From positions 2,356,001 through 2,420,000 of the forward strand of contig CM060731.1 of the NCBI GenBank assembly GCA_030704615.1: 64,000 bases of DNA. The letters run 5' to 3'. This DNA comes from Takakia lepidozioides. Lineage: Eukaryota; Plantae; Bryophyta. Positions 1-12,532 of this stretch are shown piece after piece. The notes below the pieces were generated by a model, which worked only from the letters and a program-made list of their open reading frames with translations, ran no database searches and was not told the origin of the DNA. Position numbers and translations under genes: made by a program. How positions within the stretch are numbered: the first letter of the stretch is position 1; each line of letters opens with the position of its first letter.

Positions 1-550
1 TCACGTTCTCTCATAATGCACATTCTCTACATCTCACATTCACTCTACACAAAGATACTTCGAATAGCATGGCTTTACTTCAGAGTTCGTTACATCATCA
101 CAGAAGTACACACTGAATACACTGATCACTGATACTCATACTCATATTGCTCTCCTTCTAAGTTGCGTGCAGCCTTTTTATACTATGTTCGAAAGAGCCG
201 TTACAGCCTGCGGTCGTTAATGACCGTTTGCCTAACTGCCTACGCAACCTAAAAGGTTTGCTAAGAAAGTGGCTCGTTGTAATGGTCGTGAGCCATAGTG
301 GTAAACGGTCCACTACTCCCTCTATTGGTTTTTAAGCCGATGCTAACGTGCCGTGTGATATCGTGGTTCACGGCACGGTCACTTACACTACCCACTACTA
401 CTCCCATGGTAATGTACCCTTGTTCCGTCATTTGCTAAGTACCGCGTACTTAGCATTTTTTGCCCGTGACCAGGTAGTGTACACCATTCACCACCGGGTA
501 TGTCCCGTTGTGACCCTCGCTGTCTGGCCCTCGTAGTATAGCCGTTATCA
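1..550 (-). mobile_element. LTR of a Ty3/Gypsy element (5' or solo LTR; continues off the left edge)
   Basis: Reverse complement of 1-550 is nearly identical to 18184-18735. It begins TGATAAC at 550 and has no polypurine tract next to it. Confidence 0.85.
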
Positions 551-935
551 CGTCCATTATGATATTTTGAAGGATTTGGATTCTTTGCAACCTGCTATTT
601 CCTTGCGGTAGTTGTTGGCTATCGCGCCCCAATGTTGATCTTCTTTGCAGTTGTCTCTGGTTCGGAGACAATCATCAAACAATGACGTCCATGAAGTGAG
701 TATATCGACACTCAATCCGGATCCTGGAGCCCTTGTGCTTGATGTGACGATAGATGGTGTTGTCATTACTGGAGAACAGATTGATGGTGGCTCTAGTGTC
801 AATTTGATGAGCTCAGACACGATGGAAGAGTTAGGACTTGGTGGTTTACAGACCACTCGATTGGTTTTGAGGATGGCCCATCAAAGTCGTGTTAAACCAA
901 TGGGTGTTTTGACTGCAGTCCCTACTATCAACAGT
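551..935 (+). pseudogene. Gypsy gag-protease fragment
   Basis: Reads ...LLAIAPQC...IDGGSSVNLMS...LVLRMA...VKPMGVL, a retropepsin DG/SG-type motif, with in-frame stops. Confidence 0.7.
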
Positions 936-939
936 TGGA

Positions 940-2610
940 AAATAGGTTGGAAGCGTGGAGGGAACAGATGACTGCCAATATCACATATGAGGGTCGGATC
1001 TCCAGTTATTGTTTGGGTGAATTATGAGTGATATTTTAAGTAATCGCCGTTATGTGTTGAGCGCATGGTTTGTGGGACTTCTGGAGGGGCGCAGCATGTG
1101 GCAAGGACGCTTTTGGTCATTTCTTTCATAATTTTGGTGAGCGTAAGTTCGGCTTGCATGCAAGTGTCTTCTGGGGATGTTGTTAGGTTTGTGTGAGACA
1201 AAATATTGGAGAGTTGTATTGTGAGGGGTGTGGCTGTTGGGTGGAAGAGGCGGAGAAAGGCGTCTAAGTTACGTTGAGGTAGCGGGGATAGTATCCGGGA
1301 TTGTAGGGGTGGTGTGTGAATAGATGGGATGGGTCTGAATGGAATAAGGGATGGGGGGAAGGTGGCAGAGACAGGGTAGTGGTCAGAGTTACAAATAATG
1401 TCTATGTGAATATGGCTGTTCAGGTGTTGTGGTAGTGTGTTTTTGGTCTTAAGGTAGAAGCCATCCAGGAGGCTTCAGGAGGAGTAGTTAAGTCCGCCTT
1501 GTCTGGAGTAGTGATAGTCGGCGGGTATATATTGGAATTGGTGTTGTTGTATGAACTTTTCCCAGTCATAGTCAAGTGGTGACGGGGCTTTGTGTGTGCC
1601 GTTGTAGGTATGTCCTAGTAAGGCTATGTCTCTATTAAAGTCTCCGGCTAAGATGAAGTTGTGGTGTTGCGCTGTTGGTTGGGTGACAGTATCTGAGATT
1701 GTACGTAGGATGTCTGGAAGCAGCGGAAGATCATCTATATGTGACGGCATGTATAGATGTAGGAGGGTGATGGGGGGGGAGAGCAGGCAAGTTTATTTGT
1801 ACGATTTGAAGGTGTGATCGTAGGGGGATAGGAATAAGTAGTTTGGTGGTGGTGCTGGAGGAGTGATGTGTGCGGAGGATGCCTAGCGCGACGCCACCGT
1901 GGGAGGGGTAGTAAGGGGCAGAGCGCCGAGATAGGCATTGTGTGGCGGTTAGGGGGTTACCATATAGCATATGATATGTTGGGAGAAGTTTGTTTAAGTA
2001 AGAGCTATTGAGGATGTTGGTGTTCAGTTTGGTTTCTTGTAAGAGGATAATATGTGGAGAGACAGAGTCGGTGAGGAGGTGTATAAGACTTTGAATACTT
2101 GTTGCTAGGGATCCCACATTCCAGGTGGTAAGGCAAAGTGAGTGCGCATATGGGGTGGGGGTCATTTGTGGGTGCGGAGTGGTGGGGGGATATGGGTAGA
2201 GTTAGGGGTTTGAGGCGGGGTGGAATGGTGGCCGGGGAAGGGGGGGGGGGGGGGGGGGGGGTGGTCTGGTCGAGGGTTGATAGCCGGGGATTGGGGAGTG
2301 GGCCTGGAGGGTGGCCTGGAGAATGTTGCTTGATAGGAATGGGAATTTGAGTGAGGTAACGTGGAGGTCTTGTGTGGGATGGGATAGATGATCTCCTAAG
2401 ATTTTGTGGGCTTCCCCATGAATTGATTGGAGTTGGAGCGATGTGTGTAATTTGCTAGGTAGTGAGGTGGTGCTATATAGTTATGGGGGTGGATTGATAG
2501 TTGCTTTAATTTGTCTAGGAGTGTTTGGGCTTGTGAGACTGTGTGGGCCATGAAGTAGTCATTGCATATTGTTGGTAGTGGGGAGATGATAATTATTAGG
2601 GAAAAAAGAA
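940..2610 (-). mobile_element. Degenerate LINE fragment, apurinic-like (APE) endonuclease region
   Basis: Motifs TWNVGSL, IILLQETKL, GGVA, ILAGDFNRD and NSDHYP; homologous to 43080-44100. Confidence 0.85.
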
Positions 2611-3009
2611 TGTGCTGCTATCTGGCTCTACTCCGGCTTTCATGATGTCAGCATGGACCTCTTTGCCCTTCTCTAGGGCTGCGAGGCTGGCGCAATTCCA
2701 TGAGGTTAGCGACGTGCAAACTCAAGTGTGTTAAATTTATGTAAACGCACCTAAAGTATTCACTCGGTCTTTTCAGCCGGAGACAAGAATACAAAATATA
2801 AAACGTTAGATAAAGTGAAAAACAGGGTTCCAGAAGAGGTTAGTAGTCATTCAATCTTTCTCCATCTGGGGCGCGGGGAAACCCGACTATTCACTTACCT
2901 CCCGGCAGACGCACCATTTATATGACAAGCCCTGGGCGCGCGCGGCCAGGGCGACGACATACCAGCCTAGTGGGGTCGTGGTAAGTTGCGGTGTAGGTTG
3001 GTGATCAAC

Positions 3010-5788
3010 GAAAAGTGCAACCATTGGGTATCATCAAACGACTTGCAATTTTTATGTGAATTTAGGATTATTGTTGGGACACATTGTGTGCCAACAGGGA
3101 ATTCTGGTGGATCCAAAGAAAGTGGAGGTTATCCAAAAAATACCACCACCAGAAAATCCCAAGAAACTCAAAAGATTTCTGGAACGGACAAGTTATTACA
3201 GAAGGTACATGGACAAATATGCTCACAGAGCGGCACCAGTCTATAGACTGCTGAAGCAAGATGCCGAATACCGATGGTCTCCAGCTTGTCAAGAATCATT
3301 TGATTCACTAAAAAAGGGCACTCACAGCAGCACCAATTCTGATAAATCCAAGATGGGATTTACCATTTCATGTACACAGTGATGCATAAGGCATTGCTTT
3401 GGGAGCAGTTCTAGCTCAGAATGTGACAGATACAATAGATTCACCAATCTATTATGCAAGCAGATTGTTGACAGCAGCCGAGAAGAACTATAGCACCACA
3501 GAAAGGGAAGCATTGGCAATGATTTATGCTGTTCAAAAGTTTCGACATTATTTACTTGGCAATCGCTTTAAGTTTATTGTTGATCATCAGGCTCTAGTTC
3601 ATTTAGCAAATCGACCACTAGCTAGTGGCAGGGTTGCTCGATGGTTATTACTTCTTCATGAGTATGATTTTGAAGTTGTTCATAAACCAGGGAGATTACA
3701 TGTTACAGCAGATCATCTGTCAAGGATTACTACAGGAGAACCAGCCACGGGGGTAGAGGATCAACTTCCCGACGCATTTCTGTTTGCTCTTCAAACAGAA
3801 GCACTAGATGAAGAGACAGATCCTCTAGACGATCTGGGATTGTTTCAAGGAGACTATGACCTTTCAGATACTCTTAAACTCATGGATGACACTGACAAAG
3901 AAGATGACTCATCAGATGAAGATGAACCACTTGATGAAGGACCTATTATTGAGGAAGAGCCAGATCCAGAAGAAGAAGATGACAAGGAAAACAAAGAAAC
4001 AAACAATCAAGAATTGGCCAATATCAGTATTGGAGCCTATACAATTACCAAGGAAGAATCAGAAGACATTCAGAATCAAGATCAAGATGATTGACAATGG
4101 CCAATCAAATACTATCTGAACACAGGGAAATTTCCTGAAGACTACACCAAAGATGACAGGAGAAAGCTTTCAATGAAAAGCAAGTCATACACAGTAATCA
4201 AGGGGATTCTGTACAAAAGAGGAATTGACTCCATAATGAGAAGATGTGTAAATAAAGAGCAAGCCAAAACAGTGATGCAAGAGCTACACGAAGGAATTGC
4301 AGGAGACACTTCAGTTCGGACCTAACAACAAAGAAAATATTATTAGCAGGTTACTGGTGGCCTACTGTATTTGGAGACACTTATGAACACTGTCAACAGT
4401 GTGATGTTTGCCAGAGGATGGGACCAGTAGAACAAACTGGGAAGGGTACTATGCACCCAATACTACCAACAGAACCATTTCAGCGATGGGGGCTAGACTT
4501 TGTGGGGCCCATTAAACCTCCAGTAAGGTACACACATAACCAATACATCCTCACAGCCACTGACTACACTACCAAATGGGTAGAGGCCAAGGCACTAAGA
4601 GACAACACTGCCCGATCGACAGCCAAATTCTTATATGAAAACATCATCACACGATTTGGTTGCCCACTGGAATTCGTCAGTGATCAGGGATCACATTTTA
4701 TAAATGATGCCATAAAATGCTTGACGGAGGAGTTCATGATCGTACATCACAAGAATACTGCTTACTATCCCCAAGGAAACGGCCAGGCCGAATCTACCAA
4801 CAAGATATTATGCACTATCTTAACCAAGATAGTAAATGCCAATCGTACAGATTGGGACATCAAACTGAACACAACATTATGGGCATTCAGGACATCATAC
4901 AAGGTGACCACGAAACATACACCATTTCAACTGGTGTATGGAGCGGAGGCACTATTACCCATTGAATGTATGATACCCACGCTACGAACCGGAACTCATG
5001 AACGATGGGGTTTAGAGGAACGATGGGGTTTAGAGGAATCTCTACGAGTCAGGGAATATGAGTTATTCCATTTGGAAGAAGTTCGGGCAGACGCCGCAGA
5101 TAACATGACACGAATTCAAGAACAACGAAGAAAAAGAATATCCGAAGGGAAAGAGAAATCTTTCCAGGATGGGGACATTGTTTTATGGTTACCAAAAATC
5201 AAGAAGATCAAACTGGGCGGAAAATTGAAAATGTCATGGATGGGACCATTTCAAATAAAAAAGGTACATGACAATGGAACTGTTGATTTGCAGACCTTGG
5301 AACAAGAATTCGTGGGACAAATTAATATTAACAAGTTAAAAGGCTACCAAGGAATACATGACAAAGCCCTTATACATGACTTATATGCCAACGAGGAAGA
5401 TCAAACTGAAGATGAGGAGCGTGAAACCGCCCGTGCATACTACATTCATCACGACACGGTGAATCGGCATGTACTAAGACAGGTGGCAACACGAATTCAG
5501 GGCACCACGACGGCTAGACCACCATTCATCTGGAGGACAGCATTACCGCCCCGTATACCGTATGGTGAACCGTGGCCAGCACAGATGCCCTACAGAACCG
5601 TGAATGAATACGAAGCAGCCAACGAGTCACTGCTTGTGTTAAACTCCGAGATGTACACTCCAGATCACCCCACCGACCGTGGTAATCATACACCACTAAC
5701 CATCGATCATAACACGGAGGCAGAACGACGGCGCAATCCAACGGATTGCCAAAAGACGGCGGATGATAAGGGTGGGCAAAGCCATTAA
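3010..5788 (+). pseudogene. Ty3/Gypsy pol fragment (RT C-terminus, RNase H, integrase)
   Basis: [45 protein letters not shown] and [14 protein letters not shown]; frameshifts and stops present. Confidence 0.92.
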
Positions 5789-6389
5789 ACCAAGCTGCAA
5801 GTACTGCGCACACGCCGCCCATCTAAAAACAGACCACGTACCAAAGTGGTTGAACACATCCAAGATGGATGAACATAAACTAACCGAAATCGGACAATCA
5901 TCAACGACCATCAGTTCGATCCAAAACAAATCACGAAGAAAACACCAACGGAAGAAAATCAGACACAAAAGGGATGAAATTTTCTTGAAACCGTTACCAA
6001 AAGCTAAATGCTTCTTGGTAAGCCTGGACCCAGCAATTAAAGCTAACTGCGCTTTAAACCTAGGCAAACAGCACGATAAAATTACCTCCACGAGAACCTT
6101 GAGAGAAGTTAGAGGAGAAGCCTACAGAAGAGAACCCCTACTTAACCACAGAAACGACTCCTCACCTTCTCTTACGCAAACTGGAAATTGTTGTCTACAC
6201 TTCCAGTGTGCTTCATACTACTTGTGATACATGAATTGGTGCTCCAATTCCTTACAACAACTGCAAGACTATGCGCAAGTGAATTTCAAAATCAGCCAGG
6301 CGTTGCGGAGGATTGAGCAGGACACAAAGACACAGGAGACGTTGGACAGTCTTGGCCTGCGATACTTCATCACCACGCTGGACTGGAAG

Positions 6390-7215
6390 CCTCAGTCCCT
6401 TGTCCTTGGAAACTACTTCCATGAATGTAGTCATATCCACATCGTCGCTTCACCTCCAGAATGGAGTGCATATCCGAGCCACGCCCAATTCTCTGTTTGC
6501 AGGAGACAATGTGGTTTCGGACATTCGGTGAATAGACGTGGAACACTGACTCCAGCAATGCCTCCATTTACTTCTAATCGAGAGGAACTCTGTCGGAGCC
6601 ATCTTCCGACATAATTCGGGCCAATGCCATCTTATGGGCAGCCTGCAGCTGTATCTGTTTGGGTTTGGGCACCCAGTCTCAATTCACCTCTCCCTGCACA
6701 GGCTGCTATGCTCGTGGGCAGCCTCCCGTGAGTTCCCCCTCGCCAATGTGACAATGGGAACAACATGTATGCAAGCTGTGTGAGGTCAGGGAAACGGTGC
6801 AACACATAGAACTGATCTTGACATTACAAATAGACATGCAATGTGGTGTTATTTGAATGTGAAACACTTAAAATGTGGAGTTTGGAAAACTTCTCCCTGA
6901 GATCGAAAGGTGATGAGATTGGTGGCGGCTAAGACGTCTAGGTACTGGGACTCTGGATTAAAGTGGGGAAGAAAGTTGGGATAAAAAACCGCAACGCGCC
7001 GCACAAAAAACGTAGCGCCCTGCACCCAGCGAGCGAGATCTTCATGATGGTGGTTTTGGTGTGTTTTGTGTGAGCACCAAGGGATGACCGTTCATGTTTC
7101 CTATCCATATCTGTCACAGTCCGGACGCCCTCGAATAGTCCGTTTGAGGAGGGAAACTCAAAGAAGATATGACCGTCGACGTCTGCGGAAGGCATTGTAA
7201 CAGATTTAATTGTGA
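6390..7215 (-). pseudogene. Fragment of the MULE-like transposase (GCM-like Zn region)
   Basis: DVDGHIFFEFP...TDMDRKH; reverse complement aligns with 60885-61710. Confidence 0.75.
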
Positions 7216-7571
7216 CTTGTTGTAGTCCAGGAATGCGGGCCCTGGCCTTTGCGCAATAAAGCCAACGGTTGATGCAATAAGAAGGTATGACCAAGTGCAT
7301 GGGGACAGGTGGGGGGGCTGCAAGCACCTTTCCATGGCTGACCATTCCAGGGTCTGATTGCAAGATTGAGTGCGAGACCCTCGCTGCCAAAAGTCAACAT
7401 TCAACAAAATACAACATTGCACAAAAAGTGGAACTTTGGTTCAAATGAGACATTTTTATTAATAATGAACTGTGACAAGTATGCATGCCCTCACAAACCG
7501 AGGGAAGCCAAAAGTATGCATGCAATCCATGCTCCGGTAAGTTGGGAATTTGCTCCCGTGTTGCACTGTTC

Positions 7572-8138
7572 TTACCAAGAAGCTGGAACCTCGATTGGCC
7601 TCTCAACAAGTTCATGACAGACAGGGTGTCGATAAGTGAAGACAATGGATGCAGCCCGTTCGCCTTTGGTGTAGTGGACAACGGTGTCATGTCCTCTGAT
7701 ATATGCACCATCGTAAATCAAGATCTTTGCTGTGGAGACTCTGTGTCCATAGGACTCATCCTCGTAGCTTATGAGAATGTCCCCATACACTGTTTGCGAT
7801 GGAATCCTCTCTGGCATGTACGTACACCCGATGCAATCCTCGTAGGCCCATTGGCAGCACCTTCAATGATGTAGGAAGGTCGTGCGGCTTTTGGGGATGT
7901 TCCATGCTGGCGAAAACTGCAGATCAACGATTCGCAGGCACCAAAGCCGCGCAAGCCCGTCCCGGCAAGGCTGATCATGGAGACCAGGAAGGTACTCAAG
8001 AGCGGACAGGTGCACCCTCCTCTGCTGAGAGTGGTCTATCCAATCCTACAGGTATATGAAAATACCCCCTGACTTGGGCGAGAAGTCCCACGGGGTGAGA
8101 TGCTTGTTTGGGCAGTTGCTGGGATCCCGGCACGCCAT
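7572..8138 (-). pseudogene. Small orphan ORF of the element (copy A)
   Basis: Homologous to 59154-59711. The C-terminal 80 aa (MPERIPSQ...PIEVPAS) are open in both copies. Confidence 0.5.
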
Positions 8139-8369
8139 CACTGACTATTGAAAGGGCTACCAGGAAGCAGAGAGGGTGCACAGGGAAGGGGGAGTGTGGG
8201 GAAGCTGAAGTGAGAGGAGCTCGGAGCGAGCAAGTGTTGTTGCTGTCTCGGTTTGAAACGCGTGGGTCACGAGCGAAGGTCGGGCAAGTGGCAGAAAAAG
8301 AGCAACATTTAATATAGCCGTACCCATGAATGAGGGGCAGAATTTAATTCGACATGGCGTCAAATCGGA

Positions 8370-10535
8370 GGGTGACAACACCTGGCCGACAGAAAACATC
8401 CCACGGATGGAAAAATGGCGCCGAATTTCCATACGAGGCCCGTCGGATGAAGTCGTCTCGGGGGGAGAGGCCGACACCTGGCCGACAGAGAACATCCCTC
8501 GGATGGAAAAACGGCGCCGAATCTCCATCCGAGGCCGTTCGGATGAAGTTGTTTCGGGGGGAGAGGCCGACACCTGGCCTACAAAGAATATCCCCTGGAT
8601 GGCAAAACGGCGCCGAATTTCCATACGAGGCCCGTCGGATGAAGTCGTCTCGGGGGGAGAGGCCGACACCTGCCCAACAGAGAACATCCCTCGGATGGAA
8701 AAAGGGCGCCGAATCCATCCGAGGCCGTTCGGATGAAGTCGTCTCGTGGGGAGAGGACGACACCTGCCCGACAGAGAATATCCCTCGGATGGAAAAATGG
8801 CGGCGAATTTCCATCCGAGGCCGTTCGGATGAAGTCGTCTCGGGGGGAGAGGCCGACACCTGGCCGACAGAGAACATCCCACGGATGGAAAAACAGCGCC
8901 AAATTTCCATACGAGGCCCGTCGGATGAAGTCGTCTCAGGGGGAGAGGCCGACACCTACCCAACGGAGAACATCCCTTGGATGAAAAAACGGCGCCGAAT
9001 TTCCATCCGAGGTCGTTCAAGTGAAGTCGTCTCGTGGGGAGAGGCCGACACCTGGCCGACAGAGAATATCCCCCGGATGGAAAAACGGCGCCGAATTTCC
9101 ATACGAGGCCCGTCGGATGAAGTCGTCTCGGGGGGAGAGGCCGACACCTGCCCAACAGAGAATATCCCTTGGATGGAAAAACGGCGCCGAATTTCCATCC
9201 GAGGCCGTTCGGATGAAGTCGTCTCGTGGGGAGAGGACGACACCTGCCCGACAGAGAACATCCCTCGGATGGAAAAATGGCGCCGAATTTCCATCCGAGG
9301 CCGTTCGGATGAAGTCGTCTCGGGGGGAGAGGCCGACACCTGCCCGACAGAGAATATCCCTTGGATGAAAAAAACGGCGCCGAATTTCCATCCGAGGCCG
9401 TTCGGATGAAGTCGTCTCGTGGGGAGAGGACGACACCTGCCCGACAGAGAACATCCCTCGGATGGAAAAATGGCGGCGAATTTCCATCCAAGGCCATTTG
9501 GATGAAGTTGTCTCGGGGGGAGAGGCCGACACCTGGCCGACAGAGAACATCCCCCGGATGGAAAAACAGCGCCGAATTTCCATACAAGGCCCGTCGGATG
9601 AAGTCGTCTCAGGGGGAGAGGCCGACACCTGGCCGACAGAGAACATCCCCCGGATGGAAAAACGGCGCCGAATTTCCATACGAGGCCCGTCGGATGAAGT
9701 CGTCTCGGGGGGAGAGGTCGACACCTGCCCAACAGAGAATATCCCTCGGATGGAAAAACGGCGCCGAATTTCCATACGAGGCCGTTCGGATGAAGTCGTC
9801 TTGGGGGGAGAGGACGACACCCGCCCGACAAAAAACATCCCTCGGATGGAAAAAGGGCGCCGAATTTCCATCCGAGGCCGTTCGGATGAAGTTTTCTCGG
9901 GGGGAGAGGCCGACACCTGGCGGACAGAGAACATCCCCCGGATGGAAAAACGGCGCCGAATTTCCATACGAGGCCCGTCGGCTGAAGTCGTCTCGGGGGA
10001 AGAGGCCGACACCTGCCCTACAGAGAACATCCCTCGGATGGAAAAACGGCGCCAAATTTCCATCTGAGGCTGTTCGGGTGAAGTCGTCTCGTGGGGAGAG
10101 GCCGACACCTGCCCGACAGAGAATATCCCTTGGATGAAAAAACGGCGCCAAATTTCCATCCGAGGCCGTTCGGATGAAGTCGTCTCGGGGGGAGAGGCCG
10201 ACACCTGGCCGACAGAGAATATCCCCCGGATGGAAAAACGGCACCGAATTTCCATACGAGGCCCGTCGGATGAAGTCGTCTCGGGGGGAGAGGCCGACAC
10301 CTGGCCGACAGAGAACATCCCCCGGATGGAAAAACGGCGCCGAATTTCCATACGAGGCCCGTCGGATGATGTCGTCTCGGGGGGAGAGGTTGACATCTGG
10401 CCGACAGAGAATATCCCTCGGATGGAAAAACGGTGCCGTATTTCCATCCAAGGCCGCACGGATGGAGTCGTCTCAGGGGGAGTGGCCGAAAGAGATCATC
10501 TGCAGGATGGAAAAACGGCGCCGAATATCCATCAA
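8370..10535. repeat. Tandem array 1: 96-bp unit, about 22-23 copies
   Basis: Each unit contains the near-palindrome CCTCGGATGGAAAAACGGCGCCGAATTTCCATCCGAGG. The 32-aa periodicity in the ORF track matches the 96-bp unit. Confidence 0.95.
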
Positions 10536-10704
10536 CAGACGCCTGTATCGACCCTTCATCAACAATTTTCATTCGTTTTTCGCGTTTTTTTGTCTAATCA
10601 GTCACTCAACTTAGAGTTTTTCGCCTGTGGTCCACTTTTTGGCACGTTATGCCCACCAATGTCATCCGGTAGAGACAAATTCGGTGAGGTGGACCGACTT
10701 ACTT

Positions 10705-12192
10705 GTAGGATGGAAATTTAGCGCCGGTTTTCCATCCTCCAGCGCTCCGGTTTACCTGCAGGATGGAAATTCGGCGCCGGTTTTCCATCCGGGCGCGCTC
10801 CCGCTTGCCTGCAGGATGGAAATTTGGCGCCAGTTTTCCATCCGGCCGCGCTCCCGCTTGCCTGCTGGATAAAAATTCCGCGCCGGTTTTCCATCCTGCA
10901 GCGCTCCGGTTTCCCTGCAGGATGGAAATTCGGCGCCGGTTTTCCATTCGGCCGCGCTCCCGCTTGCCTGCAGGATGGAAATTCGTCGCCCGCTTTCCAT
11001 CCTGCAGCGCTCCGGTTTCCCTGCGGATGGAAATTCGGCGCCGGTTTTCCATTCGGCGCGCGCCCTGCAGGATGGAATTCGGCGCCGGTTTTCCATCCGG
11101 CCGCGCTCCGGTTTCAGGATGGAAATTCGGCGCCGGGATGGAAATTCGGCGCCGGTTTTCCATCCGGCCCCTCTCCCGCTTGCCTGCAGGATGGAAATTC
11201 CGCCCGGTTTCCATCCGGCAACTTGCAGGATGGAATTCCGCGCCGGTTTTCCATCCGGCCGCGCTCTCGCTTGCTTGCAGGATGGAAATTCCGCGCCGGT
11301 TTTCCATCCGGCCGCGCTCTCGCTTGCCTGGAGGATGGAAATTCGTCGTCGGTTTTCCATCCTGCATGCCCTCCGGTTTACCTGCAGGATGGAAATTCGG
11401 CGCCGGGTTTCCATCCGGGCCGCGCTCCCGCTTGCCTGCAGAATGGAAATTTGTCGCTGGTTTTCCATCCGGCCACGCTACTGCTTGCCTGCAGGATGGA
11501 AATTCGGCGCCGGTTTTCCATCCTGCAACGCTCCGGTTTACCTGCAGGATGGAAATTTGGCGCCGGTTTTTCATCGGCCGCGCTGCCTGCAGGATGGAAA
11601 TTCGGCGCCGGTTTTCCATCCCGCAGCGCTCCGGTTTACCTGCAGGATGGAAATTCAGCGCCGGTTTTCCATCCGGCCGCGCTCTCGCTTGCCTGCAGGA
11701 TGGAAATTCGGCGTTTTCCATCCGGTCGCGCTCCGTTTCTCTGCAGGATGGAAATTCGGCGCCGGTTTTTCATCCGGCCGCGCTCCCGCTTGCCTGCAGG
11801 ATGAAAATTCGGCGCCGGTTTTCCATCCGGCCGCGCTTTGCCTGCAGGATGAATTCGGCGCCGGTTTTTCATCCGGCCGCGCTCCCGCTTGCCTGCAGGA
11901 TGGAAATTCGGTGCCGGTTTTCCATCCGGCCGCGCTCCCGCTTGCTTGCAGGATGGAAATTCGTCGCCGGTTTTCCATCCTGCAGCGCTCCGGTTTACCT
12001 GCAGGATGGAAATTCGGCGCCGTTTTTCCATCCTGCCCCGCTCCGGTTTACCTGCAGGATGGAATTCGTCGCCGTTTTCCATCCGGCCGCGCTCTCGCTT
12101 GCCCGCAGGATGGAAATTCGTCGCCGGTTTTCCATCCGGCCAAGCTCTGACTTGCCTACAGGATGGAAATTTTGCGCCGGTTTTCCATCCGG
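10705..12192. repeat. Tandem array 2: about 53-bp unit, about 30 copies
   Basis: A 30-bp core, GGATGGAAATTCGGCGCCGGTTTTCCATCC, alternates with two recurring types of about 23-bp linker. Confidence 0.93.
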
Positions 12193-12532
12193 CTGCTTCT
12201 AGATGAGAACGTCTCGAGCGGACGGAGGGCCACGGTGCGCCCATCCGCTGAATGTAAATTCGGCACCGTTTTTTCCATCCAGCGGGCTGTTGATGAAGTC
12301 TTGGGGGGAGGGTGGGCCAGGTGGCGCCTGTGGGCGACCTCCATACCTACATTTAAGGGCGCAGTTGCGCATTAAATGTCCTCCGCCGTCTGTTTTGAAC
12401 CGGATGTTCCACACGGATACCGCGCTTGCTTCCTGGATACGCCTTCGACACCTGATGTGACGGGTGGATGAAGTTCCATTCGAGGCATGTACGCACGCAT
12501 TCTGCGGGAGATTTTTTCTTTTACTCGGACTT

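Noticed and set aside
2610-3000. Possible ribozyme or structured LINE 5' UTR
   Set aside because: The region is GC-rich in patches, but I could not establish an HDV or hammerhead consensus by eye.
10705-12192. CRISPR-like look (30-bp palindromic repeat with about 23-bp spacers)
   Set aside because: The spacers are two recurring types rather than unique sequences, no cas genes are present, and the context is eukaryotic.
8157-12244. Long repetitive ORFs (up to 480 aa) across arrays 1 and 2
   Set aside because: They are open in many frames on both strands because the units lack stop codons, and indels shift frames freely.
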